Source of the DNA: an uncultured archaeon
Lineage (GTDB): Archaea; Thermoplasmatota; Penumbrarchaeia; JASLWR01
Length of the DNA stretch: 64,000 nt
Assembly (NCBI GenBank): GCA_964430885.1
Contig: CAYSHM010000015.1
Coordinates: 1 to 64,000, forward strand
Reading direction: 5' to 3'
The notes under the pieces were generated by a model that worked only from the letters and a program-made list of their open reading frames with translations, was not told the DNA's origin and did no database searches. A program made the translations under genes and the position numbers. Of this stretch, positions 38,643 to 48,356 are shown in pieces. The first letter of the stretch is position 1. Every line of letters starts with the position of its first letter.

Positions 38643-39776
38643 TCAATTCAAGATGTCACCAGTTATGGCATCAACAATTTCATCAGCATCCTTTTCACTG
38701 AGCCCGTACCAATTGGTATAGAAATACTTTGCTTCTCCTCTCAGATCAATATCATGGAAAAGATCCGGATGCAGGGTTTTCGCCATCCATTTGAATCCCA
38801 GGACCCATCGGGAACCCGGAGAGTCCCAACTCCCCATGGCGTGATTGTTACCGCAGTCATCTGGAAAGGAATATGTCCGGTTGTTTTTTACGGCCGATAT
38901 ATCTGGCCATAGTTGGTCGTTCCTTATCATTATCTCGGCTTCTTCAGGTGACGGGTCATAGGTATATGTTACAATGAACAGAACCTGGGGGTCCCATTGG
39001 GCGATCTGCTCAAAGGATACAATGTTCCAACCCTCTCCGGTCAATTCATTAGACAGCGAATTCGATCCCGCGTTATCCATCATATATGTCTGAAGCCATT
39101 CAGGCCCTGGAACGTTGAAGGACAGGGTCCCGCCTCTTGTACTGTAATAAAGAAGCATGGAATCTGCTTTTTCACCTTCGTTTACCAAAGATGTCACGTC
39201 GATTATTTCCCTGCAGCTCGAATTGTAATATTCGGCTATGGATACCGCTCTCTCTTCATCACCGAATACCTTGCCCAGGATCCTAATATCTCTCAGATAG
39301 GTCGAAATATCTTCAAGTTCCACATATACCACTGGAATGTCCAATTCCTCCAGTGATCTGCCGATATCTTCCTTCAGAAAGGATTTAAGTATCACCACAT
39401 CAGGCTTCTCACCGGCTATCTCCTCCACATTGGGATCCACGTTGTCCAGTCCTTTGAATATTTTTTTTCCGATGTTCGGGTCTATCTTGTTGAAAAGATC
39501 AGCTTCAGTAATGCTGTCCTTCATATACCAGAGCTTATCCTTTGATTCCGGGAACATGTAGGCTGCCGATACTATGGGCCAGCTGGACTTACCTGTTATT
39601 ATCACCCTCTTAATGGGCAATCTGATGGTAACATTTCTACCAAGTGCATCGGTAACATAAATATGCTCAACATCCTCTTCCAGATCCTGCGGTGCCGGAT
39701 TTATTACCACATAGGTGAATCCAGCCACCATCAGTATTATCATTACAAATACGACTATCCCGCCTTTCTCAGCCAT
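38643..39776 (-). CDS. ABC substrate-binding protein (iron-siderophore/cobalamin class)
   Basis: N-terminal anchor, VTDALGRNVT, PNVEEI..KPDVVI, VSFEQIAQWDP, ISAVKN. Confidence 0.88.
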   Translation of the reverse strand: MAEKGGIVVFVMIILMVAGFTYVVINPAPQDLEEDVEHIYVTDALGRNVTIRLPIKRVIITGKSSWPIVSAAYMFPESKDKLWYMKDSITEADLFNKIDPNIGKKIFKGLDNVDPNVEEIAGEKPDVVILKSFLKEDIGRSLEELDIPVVYVELEDISTYLRDIRILGKVFGDEERAVSIAEYYNSSCREIIDVTSLVNEGEKADSMLLYYSTRGGTLSFNVPGPEWLQTYMMDNAGSNSLSNELTGEGWNIVSFEQIAQWDPQVLFIVTYTYDPSPEEAEIMIRNDQLWPDISAVKNNRTYSFPDDCGNNHAMGSWDSPGSRWVLGFKWMAKTLHPDLFHDIDLRGEAKYFYTNWYGLSEKDADEIVDAITGDILN

Positions 39777-39858
39777 ATGCTTTCACACTCTCCTATCATT
39801 TGATCTGTTCTTCACGCAGCAATAAATGCCAACATTTCTGTTCAGGTAAATGGGCCTC

Positions 39859-39958
39859 TACTAAATATTTGTTTTGGGTTTTGTAAATTATATGTGATTG
39901 CTTTTATATTGTATCATAAAAAATGGCAATCTATATTAATGGTGTAACATATTTAGTA
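39859..39958. promoter_or_regulatory. Divergent promoter region with an inverted 10-bp motif
   Basis: TACTAAATAT (39859-39868) and ATATTTAGTA (39949-39958), each just downstream of a TATA-like box on its own strand. Confidence 0.45.
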
Positions 39959-39963
39959 AAACT

Positions 39964-40386
39964 ATGTTGGAGGATGAAAACGGCTTTCTGACCCGCAGAC
40001 AGTTATACGTATTGAAGAAAAGGTATGCAGGAGTGAAGCAGCGGGATATCGCCAAGGAACTCAAAACCACCAGACAGAACATATCCCTCATTGAATCCCG
40101 GGCCAGGGATAACATCAAAAAAGCCAAGGAAACCCTACGGTCCTATGCCAAGATAAGAGCAAAGGGCACCTTGATCCTTGAGAAGGGAATGCACAAGATA
40201 GATATACCACAGATGATAGTGAAGGAAGCCGATCTTCTCAACATAAGGCTCAGAGCGAATTTTACTCGGCTGTACAACGAGATCAAGTTCAATGCCCCTG
40301 GATGTGTAGGACATACCCATATAGAACACCCTATTGAGGTTCTCATTCTGGATGATGGAGATGTTAAGATTTCTCCCAAGAAATAG
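39964..40386 (+). CDS. tfx: Tfx-family DNA-binding protein
   Basis: FLTRRQ..LKKR..G.KQRDIAKELKTTRQNISLIESRARDNIKKAKETL HTH with Tfx-like C-terminus. Confidence 0.85.
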   Translation: MLEDENGFLTRRQLYVLKKRYAGVKQRDIAKELKTTRQNISLIESRARDNIKKAKETLRSYAKIRAKGTLILEKGMHKIDIPQMIVKEADLLNIRLRANFTRLYNEIKFNAPGCVGHTHIEHPIEVLILDDGDVKISPKK

Positions 40387-40467
40387 ACGGTTTACTGTAA
40401 CAACCAAAGCTGATTTGTAAAGAAAAATATTAATACAATTGTCAGGTATTTCCCCTTAGATGTGTGT

Positions 40468-40560
40468 GGGCCAATGGTCTAGTTGGTTATACTGATATGA
40501 ACAGGACTTTGTCCTTCGGTTTATATCTCAGTCGCAAGGAAACCTTGTTCCTGATGCCGC
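40468..40560 (+). other. Interrupted duplicate of the first 31 nt of tRNA-Val with a 62-nt structured insert
   Basis: GGGCCAATGGTCTAGTTGGTTA + 62 nt + TGATGCCGC equals tRNA nt 1-31 once the insert is removed. Confidence 0.7.
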
Positions 40561-40583
40561 TATACATTGGTAATTGCATCTGT

Positions 40584-40657
40584 GGGCCAATGGTCTAGTT
40601 GGTTATGATGCCGCCCTTACAAGGCGGTGACCGCCGGTTCGAATCCGGCTTGGCCCA
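40584..40657 (+). tRNA. tRNA-Val: tRNA-Val(TAC)
   Basis: Acceptor GGGCCAA/TTGGCCC, anticodon arm CCGCC-CTTACAA-GGCGG, T-arm GCCGG-TTCGAAT-CCGGC; CCA not encoded; T-tract downstream. Confidence 0.96.
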
Positions 40658-40819
40658 CTTGTTTTTTTAAAACATTTCTTTCTCCAGAATTCATCTATAT
40701 ATGTCTTACTTTTACCACCGGCCTTGTGTGTTTAATATATTGTGTTTATCCATCTGTAAATTCAGTATACCGCATCCATATTCGAAAGCGGAGTGCTGAT
40801 GGATTACAGGGTAGATTAA

Positions 40820-41512
40820 ATGGCTGAGAGCGCAACCAGGTCAATGGAAGATAGAACCGTGAAAAGGTCCCTTTCTTTTCTTAACAGGAGGATGGATTCC
40901 ATACTGCCTCCCCTTTCTCCTGGCGAGGTCACTTATCTCTATTCCACTGGCAGAAAGGTTTTCGGTGTCATACGGTGTCTTATGATATCCGCACTTCTCA
41001 TGGACCATGATGAAGAAATCATATACTTGGACGGATGCAACAGCATGAACCCCTACAGGCTTGTCAGAATGTGCAAAAGGCGGGGGATGCGGGCCGAGGG
41101 ACTTCTTCACAGGATAAAGGTATGCAGGGCATTTACGGCCTACCAGATGAGTTCCATAATAGAGGAAGATCTGGGTAAGGTCCTTGACAAAGCATCCTTT
41201 CTCATCGTTGCAGGGATGCAGTACATGTATCAGGACAAGGACATGAAATACCCCGAAGCGTCAGCCCTGGTTGAGAGAGCTGTCAGGCATATATCTGCTC
41301 TCGGCAGAGATAGGAATCTGTTTATTCTATTAATGGATAGTAGAAGAAAGGGTGTGAGGGAACATACTGATCTGATATCCTCTCTGTCCCAGCGCCATAT
41401 CCGGATATCCTACAGGGGAATGGACACCAGGCTGAGCGATTCCCTCTACGGAATCAAGGAATACTTCAGGGAACTGCCGCCCTTTCAGACTGTTTTGGAC
41501 GAATTCAGGTGA
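40820..41512 (+). CDS. Inactivated RecA/RadA-like protein of the PolB2 cassette
   Basis: IYLDGCNSMNPY, RAFTAYQM, degenerate Walker A; first gene of an overlapping trio ending in PolB2. Confidence 0.78.
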   Translation: MAESATRSMEDRTVKRSLSFLNRRMDSILPPLSPGEVTYLYSTGRKVFGVIRCLMISALLMDHDEEIIYLDGCNSMNPYRLVRMCKRRGMRAEGLLHRIKVCRAFTAYQMSSIIEEDLGKVLDKASFLIVAGMQYMYQDKDMKYPEASALVERAVRHISALGRDRNLFILLMDSRRKGVREHTDLISSLSQRHIRISYRGMDTRLSDSLYGIKEYFRELPPFQTVLDEFR

Positions 41513-41796
41513 TGCATATGGGAAGGACAGTGCCGACCTACAGGAACACAATGGACATGATCATGGAGGATTGGAAGAAGTTCAAGCGGGCTCTCAGGAA
41601 GGAGGACAAGGAGGCTTTCGACAATGTGATGAGGAAGGCCAAACACCATGCCAGCGCAGCTTCCTACCAAGCCAGTGTGGACCCCACGGAGATGATATTC
41701 CTTTCCGTGCTTATAGAACAGGAAAAAGAACTCCGGAGGCTTAAGGAGTGGAAGGATGGATCTTCGACATCTACCCCGACAGGCTCAGGGGAATGA
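41509..41796 (+). CDS. Small helical PolB2-associated protein
   Basis: MGRTVPTYR..W.KFKRALRKEDKEAFD signature; overlaps both neighbours. Confidence 0.8.
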   Translation: MMHMGRTVPTYRNTMDMIMEDWKKFKRALRKEDKEAFDNVMRKAKHHASAASYQASVDPTEMIFLSVLIEQEKELRRLKEWKDGSSTSTPTGSGE

Positions 41797-43967
41797 TGAT
41801 TATATGGCTCTTTACCACTGAAGGGCCGTTGAGGTTCAGTTCCCCCTTTGTTCCCAGGATATATGTGCAGGACAACCTCAGGAGAGATGGTTTCCTTGAA
41901 AGAATGGGTGAAGACCTTCTCCGTAATTCTGCAGTATCCGGTACGTTCATGGTTGAACGGTTCACGGATGTGGGCCGCCTGACTGAAACAGAGCTTTTGG
42001 AAGTGTCCATATCCGATTACAGTGCCCTGGGGAAGATCGCCTGGGAACTTGTGGGTGCGGAGAACTACAGGGATGTTACCCTCTACAATGTGGACCAATC
42101 ACTGCCCTTCAGGTACATGCTCGAAAAAGGATTATTTCCCAATGCTAAGGTGGAGTTCGAAAACAAAAATAATTCTCTCAATATTCTAGGCCTTAAAGAC
42201 TGCCAGTATGCAAAGCTCTATCCCCTGCCGGAGTTCCGCACACTATCGCTGGGAAGGGATTCCAGAGGTCATACCTGGAAAAGGACACTTATAGATAATC
42301 TCATGGTTGACGATCATAGACTTAAGGGAACTGACAGCGATATACTCAAAGGTCTCATGGAAATAGTTGAGGCAAAGGACCCGGATATCATTTTCACTGA
42401 TGACGGCGACCGTTATCTTCTGCATTTCTTGAAGGCTAGAGCATCAAAAGCAGGTGTTGATTTCTCACTTGACAGGGATCGGTCCCAGAGGGGGCAGACC
42501 TCAAAAAAGGAAAAGACCTATTTCTCTTACGGCAGGATAGTCTACAAACCATCCCCCTTCCTTCTCAGGGGACGCATACACATAGACCGCAGTTCCTTCC
42601 TATGGCGCAACAGCGGATTGAATGGTCTTATCGATCTGTCCCGCCTCTCGCTGATACCGGTCCAAAATCTTGCAAGACTGTCTCCCGGCACCGCCATATC
42701 CGCAATCCAGAATGCCAGGGCCATAAAGGACGGCTGCGTCATTATGTGGAAGAAGAACAGGCCTGAGCTGTTCAAGTCAGCAGATGACCTCATACGCTCG
42801 GACAGGGGCGGTTTCATCTTCGGCCCCCTAGTCGGTCTTTTTTTTAACATAGCGGAAGTTGATTTCTCATCCATGTATCCCTGCATAATCTCCCGCTACA
42901 ACATATCTCCTGAAACCGTGCTGTGCCCCTGCTGCCCTGATTCTACCCAGAGGGTGCCTGAGCTCGGATACAATGTATGCCGGAGGATTGAGGGCCTCCT
43001 ACCCAGAGTTGTGGAGCCCATTGTCAGAAGAAGAGAGCATTTCAAGAAGGTACTGAAAAACAATCCCAAAGCTAAGAGGGCGGGGGAGATCGTTGAAATA
43101 CTTAAATGGGTGCTTGTCACGTGCTTCGGATATACTGGCTATAAGAACGCCCGCTTCGGAAAGATAGAGTGCCACGAATCCATAACCGCCTACGGCAGGG
43201 AAATTCTGCTGAAAGCAATGGAGATCGCCCACGAGCTGGATCTGGAGGTGCTCCACGGTATAGTGGATTCACTATGGATAACAGGCAAGCTGGAAAATAT
43301 TGTTCCTCTTTTGGAAAGAGTAGAGAGCGCAGTGAACATCCCCTTGGAGCTGGAAGCAAAGTACAAATGGATAGTTTTCCTACCCAATCGCCAGGATAGG
43401 AGCGGAGCCCTGACGAGATACTACGGCCAGCTTGAGGACGGGAGGTTCAAGGTCAGAGGAGTTGAGGTGAGAAGGAGCGATACACCGAATTTTCTATCCG
43501 ATTTTCAGATGGAGGTATTGGACATACTGGATTCCCCCGGAAGTCAGGAGGACTTCAGATTACGCATAGCCGAGTGCATAGGGAGGGGTAAGGAAGAAGC
43601 AGCAAGATTGAGGTCGGGAACGGTTCCCCTGGAAGACCTTGTTTTCAAGAAACGCATATCAAAACCTTTAAAGGATTACTCTGTGCTCAACGACCAGTGC
43701 GCCTGCCTCAAGGTCATGGAGAGCGAAGGGATACATGTGATGCCTGGTCAGAGCATAAGATATGTGATCCGCGACTCGGTTTCCAAGGACCCTTCTAAAA
43801 AGGTAACACCTGAGCTGATGATAAAAGAGGACAGCACCTATGACGCTCAGGCCTACGTCAAAATAATGGTAAGAAGCCTTGAATCCCTTTTCCTCCCCTT
43901 CGGCTGGGATTATGAACGCATAAAGAGAACAATGGATAACAGTCTCTCCCTCCTTGATTTTCAGTAG
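41748..43967 (+). CDS. polB2: Family B DNA polymerase, PolB2 type
   Basis: DFSSMYP, KWVLVTCFGYTG, HGIVDS in place of YGDTDS, KVRGVEVRRSD; exonuclease motifs degenerate. Confidence 0.88.
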   Translation: MEGWIFDIYPDRLRGMMIIWLFTTEGPLRFSSPFVPRIYVQDNLRRDGFLERMGEDLLRNSAVSGTFMVERFTDVGRLTETELLEVSISDYSALGKIAWELVGAENYRDVTLYNVDQSLPFRYMLEKGLFPNAKVEFENKNNSLNILGLKDCQYAKLYPLPEFRTLSLGRDSRGHTWKRTLIDNLMVDDHRLKGTDSDILKGLMEIVEAKDPDIIFTDDGDRYLLHFLKARASKAGVDFSLDRDRSQRGQTSKKEKTYFSYGRIVYKPSPFLLRGRIHIDRSSFLWRNSGLNGLIDLSRLSLIPVQNLARLSPGTAISAIQNARAIKDGCVIMWKKNRPELFKSADDLIRSDRGGFIFGPLVGLFFNIAEVDFSSMYPCIISRYNISPETVLCPCCPDSTQRVPELGYNVCRRIEGLLPRVVEPIVRRREHFKKVLKNNPKAKRAGEIVEILKWVLVTCFGYTGYKNARFGKIECHESITAYGREILLKAMEIAHELDLEVLHGIVDSLWITGKLENIVPLLERVESAVNIPLELEAKYKWIVFLPNRQDRSGALTRYYGQLEDGRFKVRGVEVRRSDTPNFLSDFQMEVLDILDSPGSQEDFRLRIAECIGRGKEEAARLRSGTVPLEDLVFKKRISKPLKDYSVLNDQCACLKVMESEGIHVMPGQSIRYVIRDSVSKDPSKKVTPELMIKEDSTYDAQAYVKIMVRSLESLFLPFGWDYERIKRTMDNSLSLLDFQ

Positions 43968-44063
43968 CGCTCCAATGTATGTAAAGGGTATTATAGTAGA
44001 TTTGACCTAATTTGAATGGACTTCATTAGCTAAAATAATTGATGATCAGTTGAGGGTTGTTCC

Positions 44064-47000
44064 ATGAGTTTTTTTAGGTTGAAACATAATTATAGCATCT
44101 ATGTCAGTCTTCTGTTGTCATTTGCATTCATTTTGAACTGCAGTATGTATATGACAGACAATTCTGTATTTGAGAGAGGCGGTAAGACCGTTTGGGATCC
44201 AAAGGTCACTGGCTTGGGCCCATCATCTTCATCTATAGGTGAAGAATCTAGGGGTTTCGACAAGATAGGCAACACTTCAAGGTCGATTGTGATGGAGCCG
44301 GGGGATATGTACTATGCTTATCTGGATTACAAGAACCAGACCTTAGTGGAAGTGAATATTGATGACGATCCGATAATACTGCCCCAAGCCGCCAGTGATG
44401 CATTGGAGATAGTGCCCGATTGGATCCACGATGATCTGGAATACACATTTTCAACACTTTCCAGTTCTGACGCTGTCACATATGCACAGCAGATACTGGA
44501 TTCACCTGAAGAGGAATATGTGGACGAGATAGCTTTCTGCATCGCTAAAACCCACAAGGGCCTTCTGAACTCTCTTGTGCATTATAATTACGAAACCATA
44601 TTCACCTGGAATGCTCAGATGATATACAGTGTGGATTCATGGGGGCTGAACTATACCGAAATACTTGAAAAGAACGATTACACAACCCTCAGCTACAACA
44701 GCAGATTCGGCGGTGTTCACGAGCTTGCCAGGGATGATTATTACTGGTATGTGGTCTATCCCCGGACTCATATCGAGCTTCCGCGGACCCGAGTCGTGGA
44801 GAACAATACGGTTTTCTGGCGCAGCTTCTTTCTAAACGATTCTCGCTATGGTGAGTCCCTGTATGAGGTTGTGAAGGATGCGGATAATGTCTATGAAGCA
44901 GCTGAGGACCTGGGAGACTGGCTTCTTGGTTTCATGGAGTTCAATTACGGCTGGAATCACATAGATCCCATAGATGTATACCTGAATAGCCAGCAGTGTT
45001 CATGCGGGCAGTATTCCATTATCACCGGTACAATGGCCAAGGCGGCCCTGATACCCTGCTATTCATTGGGAACCCGCTCCGAGGACCATGTTTGGAACGA
45101 GTTCTACGATACCAGATGGATAATGTGGGATACCAGCATAGGTGACATAAATACTAACGAGCTAAACATTATCGACGACCCTGGCCTATTCGATCCTGAC
45201 CCGCCCAACGGCAGATACGGCAACGGAGCTTTGGGCCAGAAACAGCTGTCGACCATCTACATCACCCGCGGGGACGAGTATATCTATCAGAGCCTGGCCT
45301 ATACCGATTACGCCGATCTCACAGTAACGGTTACGGATTCATCTGGCAATCCGATAGACGGTGCACGAGTGGACCTGTATCCCGCTACCGCAGGAAGCAA
45401 TCCTGACAGGCCAGTCTGTATGTGGGGATATACGGATTCCAGCGGTCAAACCGATTTCAAGGTAGGCAACAAACTGGATTATTATGCCAAAGCTCATCAC
45501 GATGTAATGGAGAAGATGCCCGATGGTAATCTAGTTCAGAAAATTGTGAACAATGCCCAGGCCGGCCAAAGCTATTCGGCTAACATTCAGTATCCTGAAG
45601 AGAGCCCAAAGGACCTTCCCGTCAATGATTCGGATACGGATAGTTCCGGGCTAGCAATGATAGAGACAACTATTACAATTTCAGGAGAAAGCCAGTACTG
45701 TGTAAACACGGAGAACGAGGCATGGGGATTGGGAGTAGAATATCCGACCCAGCAGGATGAAGGGGCACTGAGTTATTTTGTCTGCACGTTCGGAGAGTTC
45801 CAGAAATATCTCGCCGGGCAGGAGTTCATTTCCCATCAGCTAGAGGACTTCACCACCGGAGGCAGTTTCATATTCGAAACCGATATTTTGAGCGACCTGT
45901 ATGTCGTGATCAGCAATGAACAGGCCTATTCCACTGCAAAAGAGGTGGATATCTCTATAGATATGTTCTATACCGATACTCCCGTGATCATTCTGGACAA
46001 GGACCTGAACCCGGGACTGCTGTCTAAAGAGGATCACATTCACATATCAGGAAATGCCTATTCTCCTTCCGATGCCGATTCCCTGGAATATCGTTTTGAC
46101 AATGGTGATTGGATTGATATTACGGAAGAGATCCAGAGTAGAAGCCAGGGAAAGATGTCCTTTGATGCGCATATATCCCTAGCTAGTTTGGACAGTGGAG
46201 ACCACACATTTTTCATAAGGCTGAGTTCAGGTTCCAATGCGGGTACTGACAGTTTTGAGTTCCAGCTGGATGTTGATTGCCCTGTCATTGATATCGAAAC
46301 ACCCATCAATGGTACTATAATGGAGAAAGAAGAAACTATCACAATTTCAGGCAGTGTTTCCGACGATATTGAGGTTTCCTCGCTGATAATGGATATAAGC
46401 GGACCAGGTATAGAGAACGATGATGATTATCAAGGCCTGGAGCCGATGGTGGATATTCTCAACGGGACCTTCAGATATGAGCTGGATATGGAGGATATGG
46501 ATTCAGGTAGGTTCACAGTAACCTTAGCTGCGGCTGACCTTGTGGGGCATCGGGGTTCTGCATTTTCCGTTTTCTATCTAGATACAGATTCACCTTTGGT
46601 GATAATAGATACACCCCAGAACGGTGATTTTCTCGGCGGGGCTTACGAGAAAATAAACATCGAAGGCAGGTTACTGGAGGAGATAGGAGTCGTGTCTCTG
46701 AACCTGCTGATAGAAGGTTCATCTCCTGTATCGCTGCTTCCTTATCTAAATGGGTCTGAATGGTCGTATCCGTGGAATCTATCCGAAGCTGAATCCGGCG
46801 AATATGATATTACAGTAATTGCAGAGGACGGTATTGGAAACACGGGTATGGCCCTATTAACAGTTGAACTTGATATCACACCTCCGCAGCTGTCTATTAA
46901 TGACGAAGACCTTGGCGGGCATATTGTGAAACAGGGAACAGTAAAAACCATAACTGGTACAGTATCGGACAATCTGGAAATGGACGGTGTTTATGTCGCT

Positions 47001-48338
47001 GTCGGCTCCGAGGCAGAGTTGCTTGAAATAAATTTTGTAAACGATTGGAAGATCGGAGTGATAAGCGGTTCGATCTGGAGCTATGAGTGGGATACCTCGG
47101 GATTGGAAGGAGGTAATTATACCCTGATAGTGAAAGCTCAGGATATACTGGGCAATAACATCTCTCTCAACCGGTCTTACATCCTCGATGCGGAATCACC
47201 TATTCTTGAAACCATCTGGACAGAAACTAATGGTGAGGACCGAATAGTGACGGGAAATGTTTGGATCAACGGAACCGCCAGTGATAATCTGGGAATCGCT
47301 GAATTGGCATTTTCACAGGACGGCGGGAAAAATTGGATAAGCATAATCGGTAGCTACGATGCGGTTTCACATGTATGGACATATAAATGGAATACTGAAA
47401 AATTGGCCTCAGGGACCTTTGATATTGAACTAAAGGCTGCAGATTTGGCTAGAAGGGAAATAACTGTTGACTTCAGTCTATATGTGGATAATTATCCACC
47501 GGAGATAGATGTTGAAGGAGGCAGCCGGCCAATAATAACTGAGCAGGGCGGAAAGATAAATATCAGGGGAACCGCTGAGGACGACAGCGGAATAGACAAT
47601 ATGAGCTACAGGATCGATCAAGGTCACTGGAACAAGATAGACGTTTCCGAATCTTCAGGACAATGGTCCGTGATCATTGATACAAAAGATCTAACCACGG
47701 GGAAACATACCCTATATTTTCAGGTTGAGGATCTAGTGGGTCATAGTTCTGACAGCCAGAGAATATTCGAGATTGAGGCAGGGGAGGAAACATCATCGGA
47801 AAGTGGTAAAATAGCAGGAATAGACTGGTATATTCCTTTAATAATTTTGATTCTAGTGATAGTCACTGTGATCATAATAGTTATCGTGGTGGTGCGAAAG
47901 AAGGGTTTAGGGGATGAGGACATGGATCCCATGAAAGACGAAGGTGAGGATGGAATACCGAACCAATCAGGAGGGAATATTGTCGATGTACCTTATATAG
48001 AGAAGGATACTAGGGGAGAAGAAACAGATCCACTGTCAACAGGTGAGGAAAATGCTCAAAGGGGTGATGGGTTTTACGATATGGTTCCGATCTATCAGAT
48101 GAGGGAGGTTTACAAGGACGAAACGGCTTCTGAGGGTGATGATGTTTCAGCTCAAACATGGGAGTATAATAGTATTGAAACAACAGAGAGGGATGTTGGT
48201 CTTTCAGAAAATGACAAAGAGGGTACTGATGTTGAGAGGAGTTCCACGCCTCCAAAGAAGGAGCTTCCCCGATTACCCCCTGCAAGTTTAAAACCTGTCC
48301 CGAAGAACCGCAGGCTGCCCCCTCCTCCTCCAAAGTAA
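44064..48338 (+). CDS. Large surface protein: transglutaminase-like domain, Ig-like repeats, TM, acidic/Pro-rich tail
   Basis: Signal peptide; CSCGQYS, DHVWNEFY, MWD triad; repeated DxxxP..GxxSD..WDT domains; TM near aa 1255; tail ends RLPPPPPK. Confidence 0.82.
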   Translation: MSFFRLKHNYSIYVSLLLSFAFILNCSMYMTDNSVFERGGKTVWDPKVTGLGPSSSSIGEESRGFDKIGNTSRSIVMEPGDMYYAYLDYKNQTLVEVNIDDDPIILPQAASDALEIVPDWIHDDLEYTFSTLSSSDAVTYAQQILDSPEEEYVDEIAFCIAKTHKGLLNSLVHYNYETIFTWNAQMIYSVDSWGLNYTEILEKNDYTTLSYNSRFGGVHELARDDYYWYVVYPRTHIELPRTRVVENNTVFWRSFFLNDSRYGESLYEVVKDADNVYEAAEDLGDWLLGFMEFNYGWNHIDPIDVYLNSQQCSCGQYSIITGTMAKAALIPCYSLGTRSEDHVWNEFYDTRWIMWDTSIGDINTNELNIIDDPGLFDPDPPNGRYGNGALGQKQLSTIYITRGDEYIYQSLAYTDYADLTVTVTDSSGNPIDGARVDLYPATAGSNPDRPVCMWGYTDSSGQTDFKVGNKLDYYAKAHHDVMEKMPDGNLVQKIVNNAQAGQSYSANIQYPEESPKDLPVNDSDTDSSGLAMIETTITISGESQYCVNTENEAWGLGVEYPTQQDEGALSYFVCTFGEFQKYLAGQEFISHQLEDFTTGGSFIFETDILSDLYVVISNEQAYSTAKEVDISIDMFYTDTPVIILDKDLNPGLLSKEDHIHISGNAYSPSDADSLEYRFDNGDWIDITEEIQSRSQGKMSFDAHISLASLDSGDHTFFIRLSSGSNAGTDSFEFQLDVDCPVIDIETPINGTIMEKEETITISGSVSDDIEVSSLIMDISGPGIENDDDYQGLEPMVDILNGTFRYELDMEDMDSGRFTVTLAAADLVGHRGSAFSVFYLDTDSPLVIIDTPQNGDFLGGAYEKINIEGRLLEEIGVVSLNLLIEGSSPVSLLPYLNGSEWSYPWNLSEAESGEYDITVIAEDGIGNTGMALLTVELDITPPQLSINDEDLGGHIVKQGTVKTITGTVSDNLEMDGVYVAVGSEAELLEINFVNDWKIGVISGSIWSYEWDTSGLEGGNYTLIVKAQDILGNNISLNRSYILDAESPILETIWTETNGEDRIVTGNVWINGTASDNLGIAELAFSQDGGKNWISIIGSYDAVSHVWTYKWNTEKLASGTFDIELKAADLARREITVDFSLYVDNYPPEIDVEGGSRPIITEQGGKINIRGTAEDDSGIDNMSYRIDQGHWNKIDVSESSGQWSVIIDTKDLTTGKHTLYFQVEDLVGHSSDSQRIFEIEAGEETSSESGKIAGIDWYIPLIILILVIVTVIIIVIVVVRKKGLGDEDMDPMKDEGEDGIPNQSGGNIVDVPYIEKDTRGEETDPLSTGEENAQRGDGFYDMVPIYQMREVYKDETASEGDDVSAQTWEYNSIETTERDVGLSENDKEGTDVERSSTPPKKELPRLPPASLKPVPKNRRLPPPPPK

Positions 48339-48356
48339 AATAGGTGTGTGTTAAGG

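Noticed and set aside
40490-40560. Hammerhead ribozyme or C/D-box sRNA in the tRNA leader
   Set aside because: CTGA and GAAA are present, but there is no correctly placed CUGANGA core or RUGAUGA box.
40465-40606. CRISPR array from the 26-bp direct repeat
   Set aside because: Only two copies, 90-nt spacing, the repeat is tRNA sequence, and no cas genes.
41748-43967. Casposon, viral or replicative PolB
   Set aside because: HGIVDS motif and the two upstream partner genes indicate cellular PolB2; no cas1 or terminal repeats.
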